Source of the DNA: Candidatus Omnitrophota bacterium
Lineage (GTDB): Bacteria; Omnitrophota; Gorgyraeia; Zapsychrales; Fredricksoniimonadaceae
Direction: 5' to 3'
Assembly: GCA_903908245.1 (NCBI GenBank)
Contig: CAIVRE010000006.1
Span: 85,951-149,950, forward strand
Length of the DNA stretch: 64,000 bases
Made by a program: the position numbers and the translations under genes. Numbering within the stretch: the first letter of the stretch is position 1; every line of letters starts with the position of its first letter. The notes below the pieces were generated by a model. That model made no database searches, was not told where the DNA came from, and saw only the letters and a list, made by a program, of their open reading frames with translations. This document shows, one piece after another, positions 1 to 9,334 of the stretch.

Positions 1-844
1 GGAACCTTTCCAGCGCCGAAAAATATCTCTTTCCTGACGGCAGTTCCCTCAAAAAGCCCCCCTTCAAGTCCATCACATAAAAACGCTCGCGGACCTTTTC
101 CGGGAACGAGAGGAAAACCCAGCTCGGAAGGACCCTCCCGTCCGGAAGAACGACCATGTCCCAGGCACCGCCGGCAGGGCAGGAATACCCGCGGCCGATC
201 ACACCAATACAGCCTTGCCGGATCTCCCATGCGGTGATCCGGCGATACTGCTCAAGGAACACCTTGGCCGAGCGCTTGTCCCAATCTTCAAGAAATGCCG
301 GATGCACCTCGACCGAACGAAGCCCAAAAGAAGCCAACAACTTGACGTTTTCCTCCAAACGGCAAACCCCTGAAGGATGGACCGTCATTGTGGCCGTAAA
401 CGCTTTACGGGTACGCCGCACGGACTTCAATCCACGAAGAATATCAACATACCGGACCCCCGACCCCGGCCGATTGGCCAGGACCGTTTGTTCATCGCCG
501 TCGATACCCGCTTCGATATTAATACCCCGCCGGGCCATGAACGCCGCCCGTCGATCATCCATCAATGTCATATTCGTCTGAACGGACACATACCTCTTGG
601 GATATCGCCGCTGTATCGCCGCAACCATCTTTTTAAGCGCATCCCAGGCGGCTAACGGCTCCCCTCCTGAAATAATGAACTCGCCTTTTTGCACCGCCAT
701 CGCGAGCGCAGCCCGGAACACCTCAAAAGGCATCACTTTCCGTCCGGTCTTATATTTAAAAAAACAATACCCGCACCGGAGGTTACATTTGTCGGTGATG
801 AACAACCAGACATGATTCAATCCTGATGGGACCCGCTCTGCCAT
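1..844 (-). CDS. Radical SAM enzyme, anSME/SPASM-like, 5' part only (C-terminus lies beyond the left window edge). The frame is open from the start codon (cat at 842-844) down to position 2. It is absent from the ORF track because it is incomplete.
   Basis: Hand translation of the minus strand gives MAERVPSGLNHVWLFITDKCNLRCGYCFFKYKTGRKVMPFEVFRAALAMAVQKGEFIISGGEPLAAWDALKKMVAAIQRRY... This carries a CxxxCxxC radical SAM motif and a GGEPL motif. It is a paralog of ORF 1854-2882. There is a 5-nt gap to the stop of the upstream gene (850). Confidence 0.75.
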   Translation of the reverse strand, partial: MAERVPSGLNHVWLFITDKCNLRCGYCFFKYKTGRKVMPFEVFRAALAMAVQKGEFIISGGEPLAAWDALKKMVAAIQRRYPKRYVSVQTNMTLMDDRRAAFMARRGINIEAGIDGDEQTVLANRPGSGVRYVDILRGLKSVRRTRKAFTATMTVHPSGVCRLEENVKLLASFGLRSVEVHPAFLEDWDKRSAKVFLEQYRRITAWEIRQGCIGVIGRGYSCPAGGAWDMVVLPDGRVLPSWVFLSFPEKVRERFYVMDLKGGFLRELPSGKRYFSALERF

Positions 845-849
845 CACAC

Positions 850-1890
850 TCACAGGGACTCTCCACGCTGCCGGGCCATTTTCTTCCTGTTCATGGCCAG
901 GATCGTTCGTGCGACCTTCCTCTGCTCATCCACATGGATACACGCGCCACACGGTTCGAACATCTTCTGAAAATCGCCCCGCCGTCCTGCCATACGGATA
1001 CGCATGAACTCTTTTGAGAACCAAATGTCGTAAAGAGACCTTTTCTTTATATTCAGGACCGTCTTCTGCTGGACCGAACAACACCAGCCGACCCCTCCGC
1101 CAAGGTCATTCATCACAAAGAACCACCCTTCAAAACACGGGAACCGGCAGGAAGATCCCTGCTTTAGCTCCGGCGACAAGGCACCGGATCCCGGCCGGAT
1201 ATCCAGATCGTATGGATGAACATCCATCTTTTTGGCGATCAGCCCATCCGCGCCCAAATGCCGGATCAATGCCCGCATCCGGCCCTCAAGGCCCGCATTC
1301 AATCGATTGACCACAAAAACAATATGGATCCTGAATCCCGGTTTTCGCGCGTCCCGAAGCGCTGCCAACTTCCTGATATTCTCCGTTACCCGGACAAAAA
1401 AGTCCTGCCCCTGAAGCTCTTTATACAATTCCCGGTCGGGCGCGCTCAAATTAATGCGCACACTGTCCGCTTTAAGGACGTCCCGGCAAACCGCTGACGG
1501 AAAAGTCCCGTTGGATACGACCGCAACATCAAAAGGCTGCCGGCCCAGGATCGCCATCATATCGGCGAAACGAGGATGCAATGTGGGCTCTCCGTCGCCG
1601 GAAATATCCACTGAATCAACTTTCAGTCTTTTAAGGTCCCGGACAAGCTCTTTGAACTGGTCAAATGGAAGGTCCTTGCGCTTGCGTAAATGCCAGGGAT
1701 TCCCAGGGGCGTGCGCGCCGCAATACCGGCAGCGGAGAGTGCACCGATTAGTGATATTAAGCTTGGCCATCTGCGGGCCGATATAAACCTTTCCGTCACT
1801 GGCGCCGAGGACGCGCAACCCTCTCCTGTTCATTTTCTCTTTAATACTGATCTTCATGCCCGGCGTCTTTCTTTCAGGATCATCATCCAA
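850..1890 (-). CDS. Radical SAM enzyme with a C-terminal Cys-rich (SPASM/twitch-like) region. It is a paralog of 7279-8274 and 8290-9285.
   Basis: The motif ITNRCTLRCRYC is a CxxxCxxC cluster, followed by GDGEPTL. The C-terminus has CxxxxC...WCC...CGAC cysteines. It overlaps the next gene by 37 nt, which suggests an operon. Confidence 0.85.
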   Translation of the reverse strand: MDDDPERKTPGMKISIKEKMNRRGLRVLGASDGKVYIGPQMAKLNITNRCTLRCRYCGAHAPGNPWHLRKRKDLPFDQFKELVRDLKRLKVDSVDISGDGEPTLHPRFADMMAILGRQPFDVAVVSNGTFPSAVCRDVLKADSVRINLSAPDRELYKELQGQDFFVRVTENIRKLAALRDARKPGFRIHIVFVVNRLNAGLEGRMRALIRHLGADGLIAKKMDVHPYDLDIRPGSGALSPELKQGSSCRFPCFEGWFFVMNDLGGGVGWCCSVQQKTVLNIKKRSLYDIWFSKEFMRIRMAGRRGDFQKMFEPCGACIHVDEQRKVARTILAMNRKKMARQRGESL

Positions 1891-2882
1891 TGCATTTTTG
1901 TCAGGAACCTCATCAATGCGACGATCTGCGTGGTATTAATGTACTCCTTGCCCATGATCCTGTTGACCAGGTCAAAATTACAACAGACAAGGTCACGGTA
2001 TGTGACCCTCGTCCTGCGATGATGCAACGCAGAATAAGCCCTCTGATAGAACGCCAGCACCTCCGGCCTGAGATCCCCGGTCTTGAGCGCCCAAAGGCTC
2101 GACCGCGACCGCTGAGCCTCCGGCAAACAGAGGAATGCATCCCCGGCCAAAAGATGCCCCGGCGGATGCAGGCTCAGGTCCATGACCCCGGGATGAATGA
2201 ATTCCTGGTCCTCACTGGTTAAAAGGACCTGCCTCAGCGATGGATCGGCAATGACCATCTTATAATTCTCACGGAACTGTGCCACAGCCCCCGGCGTCCA
2301 GGGCATGAAGGCCGCAGGGGTAACATCAACAGAGCCCAGGCCGAGTGTCTTCAAAAAAGTCGCCTGGTGAAGCATGTCCCCCGAGGCTTCAGGATGGACC
2401 GTCATGGTACAGCCGCATTTAATACCGGCAGCCACACACAACCTGATATTCCTGACAAGTTTAACGTACCCGGCACTCTCCAGGCCGCAACGATGGCGCA
2501 CGGTCACATCCTTGTCCCCGTCAATACCGAACTCCAGGCTAACCCCGGATCGACGGATAAAAGCGATCCGTCCGGGCGTAAGCAAAGTCCCGTTCGTCTG
2601 TAAATGAATGTGCCGACCGGGAAAACGCCGCTGCAAAGTGGCCACCAGCCAGCGGAACTGGTCCCAGCAAAGCAATGGTTCTCCGCCACTGATAACAAAA
2701 GAACCAGGGCCGGAAGAAAGCCCCTGCATCAGATCAAGGGACCGGATGATCACCTCCCGTGGAAGGTCACGGGCCCTTTTGTCACGGAAATAACAATACG
2801 CACACCGGAGCGTGCAACGCTCCGTCAAATAAAAATACGCCGACCGGATATGAACCTTAGACTGCTCTTTCCCGACCATCAA
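1854..2882 (-). CDS. Radical SAM enzyme, anSME-like subfamily.
   Basis: Motifs LTERCTLRCAYCYF and SGGEPLL are present. It is a paralog of the partial ORF at 1-844. Confidence 0.85.
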   Translation of the reverse strand: MMVGKEQSKVHIRSAYFYLTERCTLRCAYCYFRDKRARDLPREVIIRSLDLMQGLSSGPGSFVISGGEPLLCWDQFRWLVATLQRRFPGRHIHLQTNGTLLTPGRIAFIRRSGVSLEFGIDGDKDVTVRHRCGLESAGYVKLVRNIRLCVAAGIKCGCTMTVHPEASGDMLHQATFLKTLGLGSVDVTPAAFMPWTPGAVAQFRENYKMVIADPSLRQVLLTSEDQEFIHPGVMDLSLHPPGHLLAGDAFLCLPEAQRSRSSLWALKTGDLRPEVLAFYQRAYSALHHRRTRVTYRDLVCCNFDLVNRIMGKEYINTTQIVALMRFLTKMHWMMILKERRRA

Positions 2883-4032
2883 TAAAATACCTTATTTTCC
2901 CGTTTGCCATCCTGGGGACCGCGCCATGGAACGCCTTTGCAACAACACACGGATCTATCCCGGCGACAAGCCGGAGAAGGCCCGTCAACTTTGGGCCAAC
3001 AGGCATATCGGCGGCCGGAATATTGACCAAAAGAGTGTCCTTGTATGTTGTGCTATCCTTTTTGATCTCAAAAAAGAAATCCGGATGCCCCAAAAGATCG
3101 TTGACCGTCCGGATCATCATGCTTTTGACGCCCACCACGCCATTCACAAGGACAGTATCCTCCGTTCTGGATAATACCTTCACCATGATCGCACCACGCC
3201 GCCGACAAAGCTCCACCCGATCGCCCAGGCGGTAACGGATAAAAGGCATGCAGGTATTTTCCAGGTCTGTCACAAGCAAAGCCCCGACCCCTTCATCGGC
3301 CGCGGTCCCGTCATCCCTGAGGACCTCAAAAAAAAGTCCGTCAGAGAACACGGACATATACGGATCTTCCGGCCTTCGGGTGATCGCGAACCCGGAAACC
3401 TCCATCGCCCCGTAATGATCATGGATCCGGACCTTCCCGATCCGTTCGATCCGTTCCCGATACGACGGCCACAACGGCTCTCCATTGACCACGCATTTTC
3501 TGATCGAATGCCTGGCCCCAAGCCTTGAAAAAAGGTCGAACAGCTGGTTGGTATAGGCATTCACTATCGCAGGACGCAAGGCCCGGATAAGGCTCACGGC
3601 TTCATCACATTTTTGCGGAGTGCTGATACCCCCTAAAGCAATGACCCCCGAACCAGCCGCTTTATAAGCCGCCTCCATCATACGTCCGCCGCTGTTCAAC
3701 TCGTAGGAACACAAATTAAGGCACACCTCCCCCGGCCCGGCCCCTATGCTGCGGTACATCCGGGCAAGCCGGCGAAGATGCATGTTATACGCCGCCCGGG
3801 AATGCACGATCAAAAGACGGGAACCGGTCGAACCGGATGTGGATGTGATATTGAACGCGGAAGGGATAAAACCCGCAGCGGCAAAGGCTTTCAGGTCCGC
3901 ACGCGCCATCACCGGAAGCCGAAGGATATCTTCTTTCTTCCTGAGTGGCAGTAAGACCTTCCGGTAGCCACGCACGCGCACCATAAAACCCGATACAAGC
4001 GCGGATATCTTTTTCAAGGCAAGGCTACTCAT
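2857..4032 (-). CDS. Adenylate-forming enzyme of the PaaK / coenzyme F390 synthetase family (AMP-binding).
   Basis: TSGSTG is a core adenylation motif. The length of ~390 aa is typical of PaaK-like ligases. It is in an operon with rSAM genes. Confidence 0.65.
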   Translation of the reverse strand: MSSLALKKISALVSGFMVRVRGYRKVLLPLRKKEDILRLPVMARADLKAFAAAGFIPSAFNITSTSGSTGSRLLIVHSRAAYNMHLRRLARMYRSIGAGPGEVCLNLCSYELNSGGRMMEAAYKAAGSGVIALGGISTPQKCDEAVSLIRALRPAIVNAYTNQLFDLFSRLGARHSIRKCVVNGEPLWPSYRERIERIGKVRIHDHYGAMEVSGFAITRRPEDPYMSVFSDGLFFEVLRDDGTAADEGVGALLVTDLENTCMPFIRYRLGDRVELCRRRGAIMVKVLSRTEDTVLVNGVVGVKSMMIRTVNDLLGHPDFFFEIKKDSTTYKDTLLVNIPAADMPVGPKLTGLLRLVAGIDPCVVAKAFHGAVPRMANGKIRYFIDGRERAV

Positions 4033-4958
4033 TAAAAGCCTCTCCGGATCTTTATGTCCGTTTTATCAGCGAACGCGGAACTGATACCGGTCAACGCCGG
4101 AACAGCGATCCGGTGCCGCCGGGCAATTTCCAGGAGCGCCCCGGTCATAAAACACATTTCCGTCGGACGGCCGGACATAACATCCGTATAGGTCGAGCCC
4201 ATATGACGGATCACTCCGTAACGGCCAAGGCGGATGCCATCCACCGCGCGCATGGGGTCAAAAGCAAGGCGGACCCCTTCCGCCGCCGCCAAACGCTTCC
4301 CTTCCAGGATAGCCCTGCGGGCCAGCCCATACACCGCCGCATCCTCCTTAAGGATATCATACCCGCGGCCGGTAATGACAGGAAGCGGGTTCATGACGGC
4401 ATTAAAAATAAGCTTCGCCCACACCGCACGCCGCGGATCCGCAACGGCGGCAGACCTGACCCCTGCCCTGGCGAACAGCGCGGCGATCTTTCTCGCCCCG
4501 GCCCCCCCCGCGAACACCTTCCCGCGAAAAGCGATCTCAACGCGCCCTGCCCCGGCCTCACGACAGGCAATGGTCGCAACCCCGCGGGAAATATCAGCAC
4601 TCCTGAAAAGATCCGTCGCCCAGGAAAGATCGAAGATCCCGTTCTGCGGGAAAAAAACATTCTTTGCCCTGGCATAACGCGCCGTCAGCTCCGCCGCGGC
4701 ACGCACCCCCGCGACCTTGGTCGTGATAATGATAAGGTCGAACAAACGCCCGGATAATTCCCGAGGGTGATCGACCACTTCCGCTCGCGCATGAAAGGCC
4801 TTCCGGCCCTCCTTCAAAAAGATCCCCCGGCGGCGAATGATACGGCGAGTCCTCTCCCCACGGTCATACACCGTAATGGCAGCGACCGATGACAACATCG
4901 CCGCCAAAGAACAACCAAGGGCCCCGCAGCCAACGATCAGGACATTCTTCTTTATCAT
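4032..4958 (-). CDS. 2-Dehydropantoate 2-reductase family (PanE/ApbA-like) NAD(P)-dependent oxidoreductase.
   Basis: The N-terminus has a Rossmann motif, LIVGCGALG. The C-terminus has STYTDVMSGRPTEM, which resembles the ketopantoate reductase signature STxQDxxxGRxTEID. Confidence 0.65.
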   Translation of the reverse strand: MIKKNVLIVGCGALGCSLAAMLSSVAAITVYDRGERTRRIIRRRGIFLKEGRKAFHARAEVVDHPRELSGRLFDLIIITTKVAGVRAAAELTARYARAKNVFFPQNGIFDLSWATDLFRSADISRGVATIACREAGAGRVEIAFRGKVFAGGAGARKIAALFARAGVRSAAVADPRRAVWAKLIFNAVMNPLPVITGRGYDILKEDAAVYGLARRAILEGKRLAAAEGVRLAFDPMRAVDGIRLGRYGVIRHMGSTYTDVMSGRPTEMCFMTGALLEIARRHRIAVPALTGISSAFADKTDIKIRRGF

Positions 4959-5917
4959 GACACCATAACTTTCAGCTCTGACAACACTTTTAATGCCCGC
5001 GTTCTGGCCTCAGCGCTCTTTAAATATTCATCGAGCTTCTTAAGCCGGCCCTGTGATCCCTTCGGATCCCAGAATCCCCTTTGGATCAATGTGCTCATCA
5101 ATGCCAAATGAGGATTATACCCCCGGGCCTTCCTGAAAAGATACATGCACGCATGAACGATCTCGCAGGAGGTCTCCTCCGACCTGAACTCCTCGGTCCG
5201 GGAGATACCGACCTCCTTCTTCAAGACACGGAATATCTCCGCTTCAGTGACCAAAAAGGTATTCAACGGGTAACAAACATCAACGGCCACTTTTCTCTTT
5301 TTTAAACGGGTCGCATCCATTGCCGCGATGAACTGCGCGATCACCGGCGTGGGAGGAGGGCCTCCGGTTTCCCAAAGCTGCGGATGCTCCAGGTCGAATT
5401 TGCCTGTCATGACCAAAGGGATCCCGCTTGCTCCTGCATGTCTCTCGATCACCAAAGGAAGCACCCTGGAACACACATCGCACGGCAGCCCTACGGAAGC
5501 GGAAAGGAACCCCTGACGAAAAGTCTGCCGGTACATCTTCCGGAACAAGCGTGCCTCATCAAGAACGACGTGGTCCATCCCCAAACGTCCGGTGACACGT
5601 TCCACATTCTTGAACGCCAGCGGCTCCATGAACCCGTTATCAACGGTCACCCCGAGAGCGCGAAGCTTGTATCTTTTCGACACCAGCCACGCCAGGTACG
5701 CGCTGTCTTTCCCCCCGCTCAAAGCCAGGACAACATGGTATTTCATGTCGCTTCGCCTAAGGCGTGCCAACCGCGCCTCAAGTTCCCCGCGCAGCTTTTC
5801 TCTCAACACGCCGACCTGTCTGGAAGACAAACGGATCATCTGACAACCCATATCCTTCGATCCCCGGATTAAACAGAACAACTGCACTTTGACCCCAAAG
5901 ACCGTAATAACAAGCAA
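4955..5917 (-). CDS. PP-loop (N-type) ATP pyrophosphatase, adenine-nucleotide alpha-hydrolase superfamily. The true start is probably internal, e.g. M at ~5851 or MKYHVV at ~5746.
   Basis: A SGGKDS PP-loop motif follows MKYHVVLAL. There is a 4-nt overlap with the downstream gene. Confidence 0.65.
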   Translation of the reverse strand: MLVITVFGVKVQLFCLIRGSKDMGCQMIRLSSRQVGVLREKLRGELEARLARLRRSDMKYHVVLALSGGKDSAYLAWLVSKRYKLRALGVTVDNGFMEPLAFKNVERVTGRLGMDHVVLDEARLFRKMYRQTFRQGFLSASVGLPCDVCSRVLPLVIERHAGASGIPLVMTGKFDLEHPQLWETGGPPPTPVIAQFIAAMDATRLKKRKVAVDVCYPLNTFLVTEAEIFRVLKKEVGISRTEEFRSEETSCEIVHACMYLFRKARGYNPHLALMSTLIQRGFWDPKGSQGRLKKLDEYLKSAEARTRALKVLSELKVMVS

Positions 5918-6002
5918 ATATCCTAACTATTTATATTTATATAATTATATCATATAATTAAAACATACAGCGTCGTATCACGATCGGCACCAGGACCATT
6001 GA
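5918..6002. promoter_or_regulatory. AT-rich divergent intergenic region. It is the likely bidirectional promoter region between the minus-strand operon (850-5917) and the plus-strand rSAM operon (6003-15007).
   Basis: The sequence tatttatatttatataattatatcatataattaaaa sits in otherwise ~58 % GC DNA, between divergently oriented genes. Confidence 0.4.
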
Positions 6003-7268
6003 ATGACAATGAAAAACGATCCCCGTTCTACCGCCAATATATTCCTGCCGCCCGTGACATTCTCGGCGTGCATGAATCACTGGACCATGCGCCTTTACAC
6101 CGCCTATGTTTATCTGGCACTGCGCGACAATGATCTGCGCGTACAGTTTTACGACCATCTCGACGACATCCCCGGCTTCGAAAAACACCTTCGATCGCAA
6201 ATAACAAAAAGCCCCCGCAGCAGGAACATCCATGGCATCGCCATGTTCCTGGGAAATAAAAAGAACGCGTTAAGGCTCATGCAACAGATCAGGGCCAAGG
6301 ACCCCCGCGGGCTGATCGTGGCCTTTGGCCCGACCGCCTCTTTTTTCCACCGGCAGATCCTGACCCGCGGCCTGGCCGATATTGTCATTACCGCAGACCC
6401 CGAGTTTGTTTTCCCGAAGCTCGTCCGGGCCGGAACAGATATCTCCACGGTCCCTAACCTGGCCCTTCTGCAACATGAAAAGATCATGAAAACCCGGCCA
6501 AAAACCTTTACCGACCTGGACTCCCTTCCTTTCGCCGGACAATATTTCTGTGATAAAGGACTGACGCCGGTCCCGGTCGTAACAGCCCGCGGATGTCCTT
6601 TCAGCTGTTCTTTCTGTGACCGCCCGCTCCTGTGGGGCGCACAAACACGCCTGCGGAGCGTTGATAATATTTTCGCCGAGATCCATTCCCTGGTAACCCG
6701 CTACAACCTCCCGCGGCTGTTCTTCGATGACGCCAATTTTATTCTCAATAAGGACCGGACCATCCATTTATGCCAACAGCTGACGAAACTGCCGAAACCC
6801 GTTTCCTGGGGCTGCACCGCCAGGGTTGATTGCGCCGACCCGAAAACCCTGCGCCTGATGCGATACGCCGGCTGCGAAACGGTTTATTTCGGGATCGAGT
6901 CCGGCGATGAAACGATCCTGCGGAATATAGGGAAGGAATACGGGCAAAAAGAGATCCTGCAGGCGGTTAAATGGACCCGGGACGCAGGCATAAAAGTGGG
7001 GATCTTCCTGACTGTCGGGAATCCTGGCGAATCCGGCCGATCACTGGTCAAAACGAAGAAACTTTTACGCGATCTGTACCCTTTTTCCGAACTCACGATC
7101 AACCCTCTGGTGGTGCTGCCCGGGACCCCCATCTATGCCCGATTCATCAAAGAAAAAAAGATCACCGAAGAAGCCTGTTTCGACAATGACACCCTGATGT
7201 TCTTCGATACCAAGGCCCAGGCCTACATGAAAGATATTGCCCAGTTGAGAAAGTTCTTTAAACAATGA
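6003..7268 (+). CDS. B12-binding-domain radical SAM enzyme (class-B-like).
   Basis: An N-terminal Rossmann-like B12-binding region precedes TARGCPFSCSFCDR, a CxxxCxxC cluster. The architecture is shared with 11803, 16455 and 17820. Confidence 0.85.
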   Translation: MTMKNDPRSTANIFLPPVTFSACMNHWTMRLYTAYVYLALRDNDLRVQFYDHLDDIPGFEKHLRSQITKSPRSRNIHGIAMFLGNKKNALRLMQQIRAKDPRGLIVAFGPTASFFHRQILTRGLADIVITADPEFVFPKLVRAGTDISTVPNLALLQHEKIMKTRPKTFTDLDSLPFAGQYFCDKGLTPVPVVTARGCPFSCSFCDRPLLWGAQTRLRSVDNIFAEIHSLVTRYNLPRLFFDDANFILNKDRTIHLCQQLTKLPKPVSWGCTARVDCADPKTLRLMRYAGCETVYFGIESGDETILRNIGKEYGQKEILQAVKWTRDAGIKVGIFLTVGNPGESGRSLVKTKKLLRDLYPFSELTINPLVVLPGTPIYARFIKEKKITEEACFDNDTLMFFDTKAQAYMKDIAQLRKFFKQ

Positions 7269-7278
7269 AAGACAACCG

Positions 7279-8274
7279 ATGATCCTTAAAGAAAATGAAC
7301 TGTTGCTTCGGCGGCGGCTTCGCGTGGCCGGCATCCGCGACAATAAATTGTATATCGGCCCGGAAGTGGTCCACCTCCACATCACGAACCGCTGCAATCT
7401 GCGTTGCCGGCACTGCTGGTACCATTCTCCGGATAATCCCGTGCACACCCGTCCGGCCCAGGACATGCCTTTGGCGGAATTCGACGCCATATTAAAAGAC
7501 TGCGCGGACCTGAAAGTCGACGCCCTTTATATCTCCGCCGAAGGAGAGCCGACCTTACATCCGCAATTCGAACAGATGATGGATCACGCAGCGAAATTCC
7601 CGTTAGCTTTAACGGTCTTTACGAATGCCGCATTCCCCGCCAGACTTCGCCCGGCTTTATTAAAAGCCGACCGCCTGATCATAGACATTAGCGCCGCGGA
7701 TGCCAAAATGTATCACGCCATCCATGGCGCGGATCATTTCAACAAAGTCATTGCCAACATCAAGGCATTATCGCGGATGAACGGGGCCTCGGGTAAAGAC
7801 GGCCTGATGTCTGTCACTTGTATCATCAATAAACTTAACGCGTCACGGACCGGGGAAATATCAAAACTGATGAACGACATGGGCATTAATTCTGTGGATT
7901 TCAAACCCATGCAGCCTCATGCCCATAACCAGGACATCCTGGTCCCCCAAAAAGATCAGCCGGCCCATTGTTTAAATCAGCCCCCTTTATTTAAGTGGTG
8001 CTTTCAAGGCTGGTTCTATATATCGATAAGATTGGACGGGCAGATCAGTTATTGCTGTTATGTCAACGAAATGAACGCCGCGCGATTGAACAAGGGATCG
8101 CTCAAGGCCGCCTGGAGATCACTGTCCCTGATGAAGGCACGCCTTCTGGGAAAGACCGGGCAACTCGGCAGGAAGTTCAGGGAATGCCCGGGGTGCGCCT
8201 TCCGAAAACAGAATACGGCCGTTCTTGCCGAATTGGCAAGAATGAAGAAAAATAGGTCCGTGCACACTCCTTAA
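7279..8274 (+). CDS. Radical SAM enzyme with a C-terminal Cys cluster (SPASM/twitch-like). It is tandem paralog 1.
   Basis: HITNRCNLRCRHC and AEGEPTL are present. The C-terminus has C...C..W...YCC...CPGC. It is ~55-60 % identical by eye to the next ORF. Confidence 0.85.
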   Translation: MILKENELLLRRRLRVAGIRDNKLYIGPEVVHLHITNRCNLRCRHCWYHSPDNPVHTRPAQDMPLAEFDAILKDCADLKVDALYISAEGEPTLHPQFEQMMDHAAKFPLALTVFTNAAFPARLRPALLKADRLIIDISAADAKMYHAIHGADHFNKVIANIKALSRMNGASGKDGLMSVTCIINKLNASRTGEISKLMNDMGINSVDFKPMQPHAHNQDILVPQKDQPAHCLNQPPLFKWCFQGWFYISIRLDGQISYCCYVNEMNAARLNKGSLKAAWRSLSLMKARLLGKTGQLGRKFRECPGCAFRKQNTAVLAELARMKKNRSVHTP

Positions 8275-8289
8275 AATGAAAGACCGTCG

Positions 8290-9285
8290 ATGATCCTGGA
8301 AAAAAATGAACAAGAACGCCGGTGGCGCCTTCGGGTGGCAGGGGCCCGTGATGAAAAACTGTATATCGGCCCGGAGATCGTTCATTTGCATATTACGAAC
8401 CGCTGCAATTTACGCTGCCGATACTGCTGGCACCATTCCCCCGGGAATCCGGAGCTCGCTCATCCGGCCCAGGACCTGCCTTTCAGGAAGTTCTGTGCCA
8501 TATTAAAAGACTGCCGGACATTGAAAGTCAATAACCTTTATATCTCCGGCGAAGGGGAACCGACCCTGCATCCCCGGTTTGCGCAAATGATGGACCTGGC
8601 CGAACAATATCCTTTGGCCGTTACGGTCTTTAGCAATGCCACCTTTCCGTCCAGCCTGCTCCCGGCCCTGTTAAAAGCGGACCATCTGGTCGTTGATCTT
8701 AGTGCGCCTGATGCCGCCGATTATCAGATCATCCACGGAGCGGATCATTTCAACCGCGTCGTCAATAACATCAAGGCCCTGTCGCAAATGCGCAAAGACC
8801 TCGGGAAACATCTCTCCATAACAGGCCGCTGTGTCATGAACCGGATCAATCAGCCGCGCCTTCATGAAATATCAGGCCTGATGAGGTCCATCGGAGTTGA
8901 CTCGATAGAACTCGTCCCGATGCAGCCAACCCCGTTCAACCGCGATATTGCGATCAAGCCGAAAGATCCATTACCCCATGGCCCGAAAAAAGGCCCTGAA
9001 TGCAACCGTTGTTTTAATGGATGGTTCTATCTTTCAGCAAGGCTCAACGGCCAGATGAGTTACTGCTGCCGGGTCCCTCAGATCAACACCGGGCATCTAT
9101 ACCGAAGCTCATTGAAAACAGCCTGGGGATCAAAAAAATTCATGGCCCTGCGCGTTCTGGGAAAGACCAGCCAGATCAATAAGAAATTCAAGGAATGCGC
9201 GGAATGTCATTACAAACGACAGAATATAGCGGTACTTCTCGAACTCGCAAGAATGAAACGAATAACCCCGCGAAAAAGCCCGTGA
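8290..9285 (+). CDS. Radical SAM enzyme with a C-terminal Cys cluster (SPASM/twitch-like). It is tandem paralog 2.
   Basis: HITNRCNLRCRYC and GEGEPTL are present. The C-terminus has C..C..W...YCC...CAEC. Confidence 0.85.
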   Translation: MILEKNEQERRWRLRVAGARDEKLYIGPEIVHLHITNRCNLRCRYCWHHSPGNPELAHPAQDLPFRKFCAILKDCRTLKVNNLYISGEGEPTLHPRFAQMMDLAEQYPLAVTVFSNATFPSSLLPALLKADHLVVDLSAPDAADYQIIHGADHFNRVVNNIKALSQMRKDLGKHLSITGRCVMNRINQPRLHEISGLMRSIGVDSIELVPMQPTPFNRDIAIKPKDPLPHGPKKGPECNRCFNGWFYLSARLNGQMSYCCRVPQINTGHLYRSSLKTAWGSKKFMALRVLGKTSQINKKFKECAECHYKRQNIAVLLELARMKRITPRKSP

Positions 9286-9334
9286 CCAACAGATATGTAA
9301 ACATCCCTGTTTATGTTATTATGATCGATAAAAT

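Noticed and set aside
4113-4757. 214-aa plus-strand ORF (with nested ORFs at 4234-4677 and 4391-4675).
   Set aside because: It is antisense to the well-supported PanE-like gene. The high GC content keeps antisense frames open. It has no recognisable motifs and an Arg/Pro-rich composition.
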